Source: a virus (lineage: Duplodnaviria > Caudoviricetes). From it: DNA of 40,797 nucleotides. The notes under the pieces were generated by a model. It made no database searches and was not told the origin of the DNA. It worked only from the letters and a program-made list of their open reading frames with translations. The stretch covers positions 1 to 40,797 of IMG/VR virus record IMGVR_UViG_3300020042_003562. The stretch is one strand, 5' to 3'. The translations under genes were made by a program, and so were the position numbers. Shown piece after piece: positions 39,495-40,797 of this stretch; the first letter of the stretch is position 1, and each line of letters starts with the position of its first letter.

Positions 39495-39672
39495 TAGGCA
39501 CTATGTCCATTCTTGCGCCCGTGACTAGGGGTATCGTGTCTACCCGTGCCCCTGCCATAATGTCGGATCGCATTAGATCGGATAGCTCGTCAATGACTAG
39601 CGATTCAAGCTCGGATCTATCGCCGTAGCTGTCGCTATCTATGTCTAACTCTATCGTTACCCTAGTAATCAT
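39481..39672 (-). CDS. Hypothetical acidic early protein
   Basis: 63 aa; TAATG coupling. Confidence 0.6.
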   Translation of the reverse strand: MITRVTIELDIDSDSYGDRSELESLVIDELSDLMRSDIMAGARVDTIPLVTGARMDIVPNANN

Positions 39673-39938
39673 TACTTAGCCCCATTCCAAGCGTAATCGT
39701 ATAGTAAGTCTGCCACGGCCTTAGCCTTTAGCCGTGTGCCGTTAGTATCGTAAACGTGCACGCCAGCTAGTGTCTTTAGTTCCTGACGGATCTCACCTAA
39801 TGCTTGGTACAGGCCAGCATCATTAAAGGCGTGATCTATGATCGCGTTACCCTTTACTATTTGATAGCTACCCGTGCCCGTATTACACCCGATACCGTGC
39901 GCCGTGATCGTATCCGTGCCACACTCTAGACATTCCAT
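39672..39938 (-). CDS. Hypothetical early protein (MECLECG...)
   Basis: ATG 39938 follows the upstream ORF's stop; start uncertain. Confidence 0.6.
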   Translation of the reverse strand: MECLECGTDTITAHGIGCNTGTGSYQIVKGNAIIDHAFNDAGLYQALGEIRQELKTLAGVHVYDTNGTRLKAKAVADLLYDYAWNGAK

Positions 39939-39942
39939 AGGA

Positions 39943-40080
39943 TCACACCGCCTTACTATCTGCACGGAATAAGGCCACGGCCTGCGCCTTGGTGTATCCG
40001 TAATAGCTACGCGCTACACGGTAGCCCCCGATTATGTCGGAGATTACCCACGCGCCCGCGTGATTTTTTTCTATCGTCAT
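39943..40080 (-). CDS. 45-aa early protein (MTIEKNHAGAWVIS...YYGYTKAQA)
   Basis: Hand-translated; SD GATAGGA. Confidence 0.7.
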   Translation of the reverse strand: MTIEKNHAGAWVISDIIGGYRVARSYYGYTKAQAVALFRADSKAV

Positions 40081-40112
40081 AGTATTAGTTTCCTATCGTG
40101 TTAAGTTCTGGC

Positions 40113-40175
40113 CTAGCACCAGATAGCCAGACACGGGGCAGGGATAACGCGCCGTGCCTGACTAACCCGCGCTAG
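40113..40175 (-). repeat. Intergenic long hairpin C (CTAG-closed; GGCACGG...CCGTGTC core)
   Basis: CTAGCGC/GTGCTAG and TAGTCAGGCACGG/CCGTGTCTGGCTA stems with G:U pairs. Confidence 0.75.
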
Positions 40176-40423
40176 AGTAGCTCTCGCATCATTGCGTTGA
40201 GTTCGCGCTTAGATAGCTTAGGGTCATTGAATAGCACGCCGTCACTAGTGCTTATGTACCCGTAGGCATCCGTGAAATCTTGGAATGGTGATCGCCCTTT
40301 ATAGTCCACCATAAACCCCCGTGCCTGTTCGTATGCTGCCCAATCGTTGTTAATAAATAGAGACACGTTCCACGTCTCACGATTTGCCCAACCTTGGTAA
40401 GTCTCGCGTGTAGCTGTTGCCAT
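40172..40423 (-). CDS. Conserved phage early protein (YxGWxNxETWxVxL..ND motif)
   Basis: 83 aa; motif resembles a widespread small phage family; SD GATAGGA. Confidence 0.75.
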   Translation of the reverse strand: MATATRETYQGWANRETWNVSLFINNDWAAYEQARGFMVDYKGRSPFQDFTDAYGYISTSDGVLFNDPKLSKRELNAMMRELL

Positions 40424-40448
40424 TGTGTTAGTTTCCTATCTTGTTTCT

Positions 40449-40498
40449 GATCTCATCAGACACCGCCCTACGGTGTGACGGCTCTCGCCGTTTCGATC
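40449..40498 (-). ncRNA. Type II hammerhead ribozyme
   Basis: - strand GATC-GAAA-CGGC-gaga-GCCG-TC-ACACCG-taggg-CGGTGT-CTGATGA-GATC: full core, three perfect stems, GUC cleavage triplet. Confidence 0.93.
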
Positions 40499-40618
40499 TT
40501 AGTTAGTGGCCTTAATTAAGAATAGCGCAAGCACGCCCAGCACCATTGACCAACACGCCCAAGCTATTAAGTTATCGCGCCAGCGGTAGGCCTTGGGTGT
40601 CCAATTCCATTTATTCAT
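40499..40618 (-). CDS. 39-aa membrane peptide
   Basis: Hand-translated MNKWNWTPK...CWSMVLGVLALFLIKATN; stop abuts the hammerhead. Confidence 0.5.
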   Translation of the reverse strand: MNKWNWTPKAYRWRDNLIAWACWSMVLGVLALFLIKATN

Positions 40619-40797
40619 ACGCGCTTAACCCATACCCTCTCAAGCTGGCCGAGCTATTAGCAAGCAAGGCAGGCAACTAATGATTAAGGAAATGTGGCAC
40701 TTTAGTAGATGCCTAGGCTGTAACAGCGTGAATGAGGCGTGCTGGGTAGATAGTGGCAACGGCTACGAGTGCGCCAGCCCGTGCCGTTATTGTGGGG

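Noticed and set aside
38639-40175. CRISPR or mini-array, given the Cas4-like gene
   Set aside because: Repeats are degenerate hairpins separated by whole genes, not regular spacers; solo Cas4-like nucleases are common in phages
40700-40797. Direct terminal repeat or circular overlap with the window start
   Set aside because: No overlap seen beyond the short CCCGTG word, so the genome ends are unresolved

Overview
Near-complete (~40.8 kb) genome of a dsDNA tailed phage, most likely infecting Actinobacteria. Support for that host: a WhiB gene, leaderless sigmaA-type promoters, a split primase and a Cas4-like nuclease as in actinophages. The + strand late block (0.8-28.9 kb) holds terminase, portal, large putative internal/ejection proteins, scaffold, major capsid, collagen-like and variable fibre genes, a GT2-TPR glycosyltransferase, tail proteins and a holin/M23 lysis cassette. 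The + strand middle block (29.4-36.2 kb) holds a split Cas4/RecB-like nuclease, DnaB-like ATPase, resolvase, split primase, Ntn-hydrolase, DUF1599-like protein, metallophosphoesterase and a sigma-like factor. The - strand block (36.3-40.6 kb) holds WhiB and many tiny, probably early, ORFs. I saw no integrase, DNA polymerase, reverse transcriptase or tape measure, so a lytic, podovirus-like phage is inferred. The most striking signals are non-coding: (1) a 77-nt miniature tmRNA-like RNA (Ala acceptor stem with G3:U70, stemless D-loop, T-arm) whose mRNA domain is reduced to a hairpin containing GCA-TGA; (2) a type II hammerhead ribozyme and three related long hairpins punctuating the early operon; (3) a CCGTGYC heptamer strongly concentrated at the genome-end region. 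The first 275 bp are an inverted copy of terminase sequence with only synonymous differences, probably a chimera. All family calls come from motif recognition by eye, not database searches.
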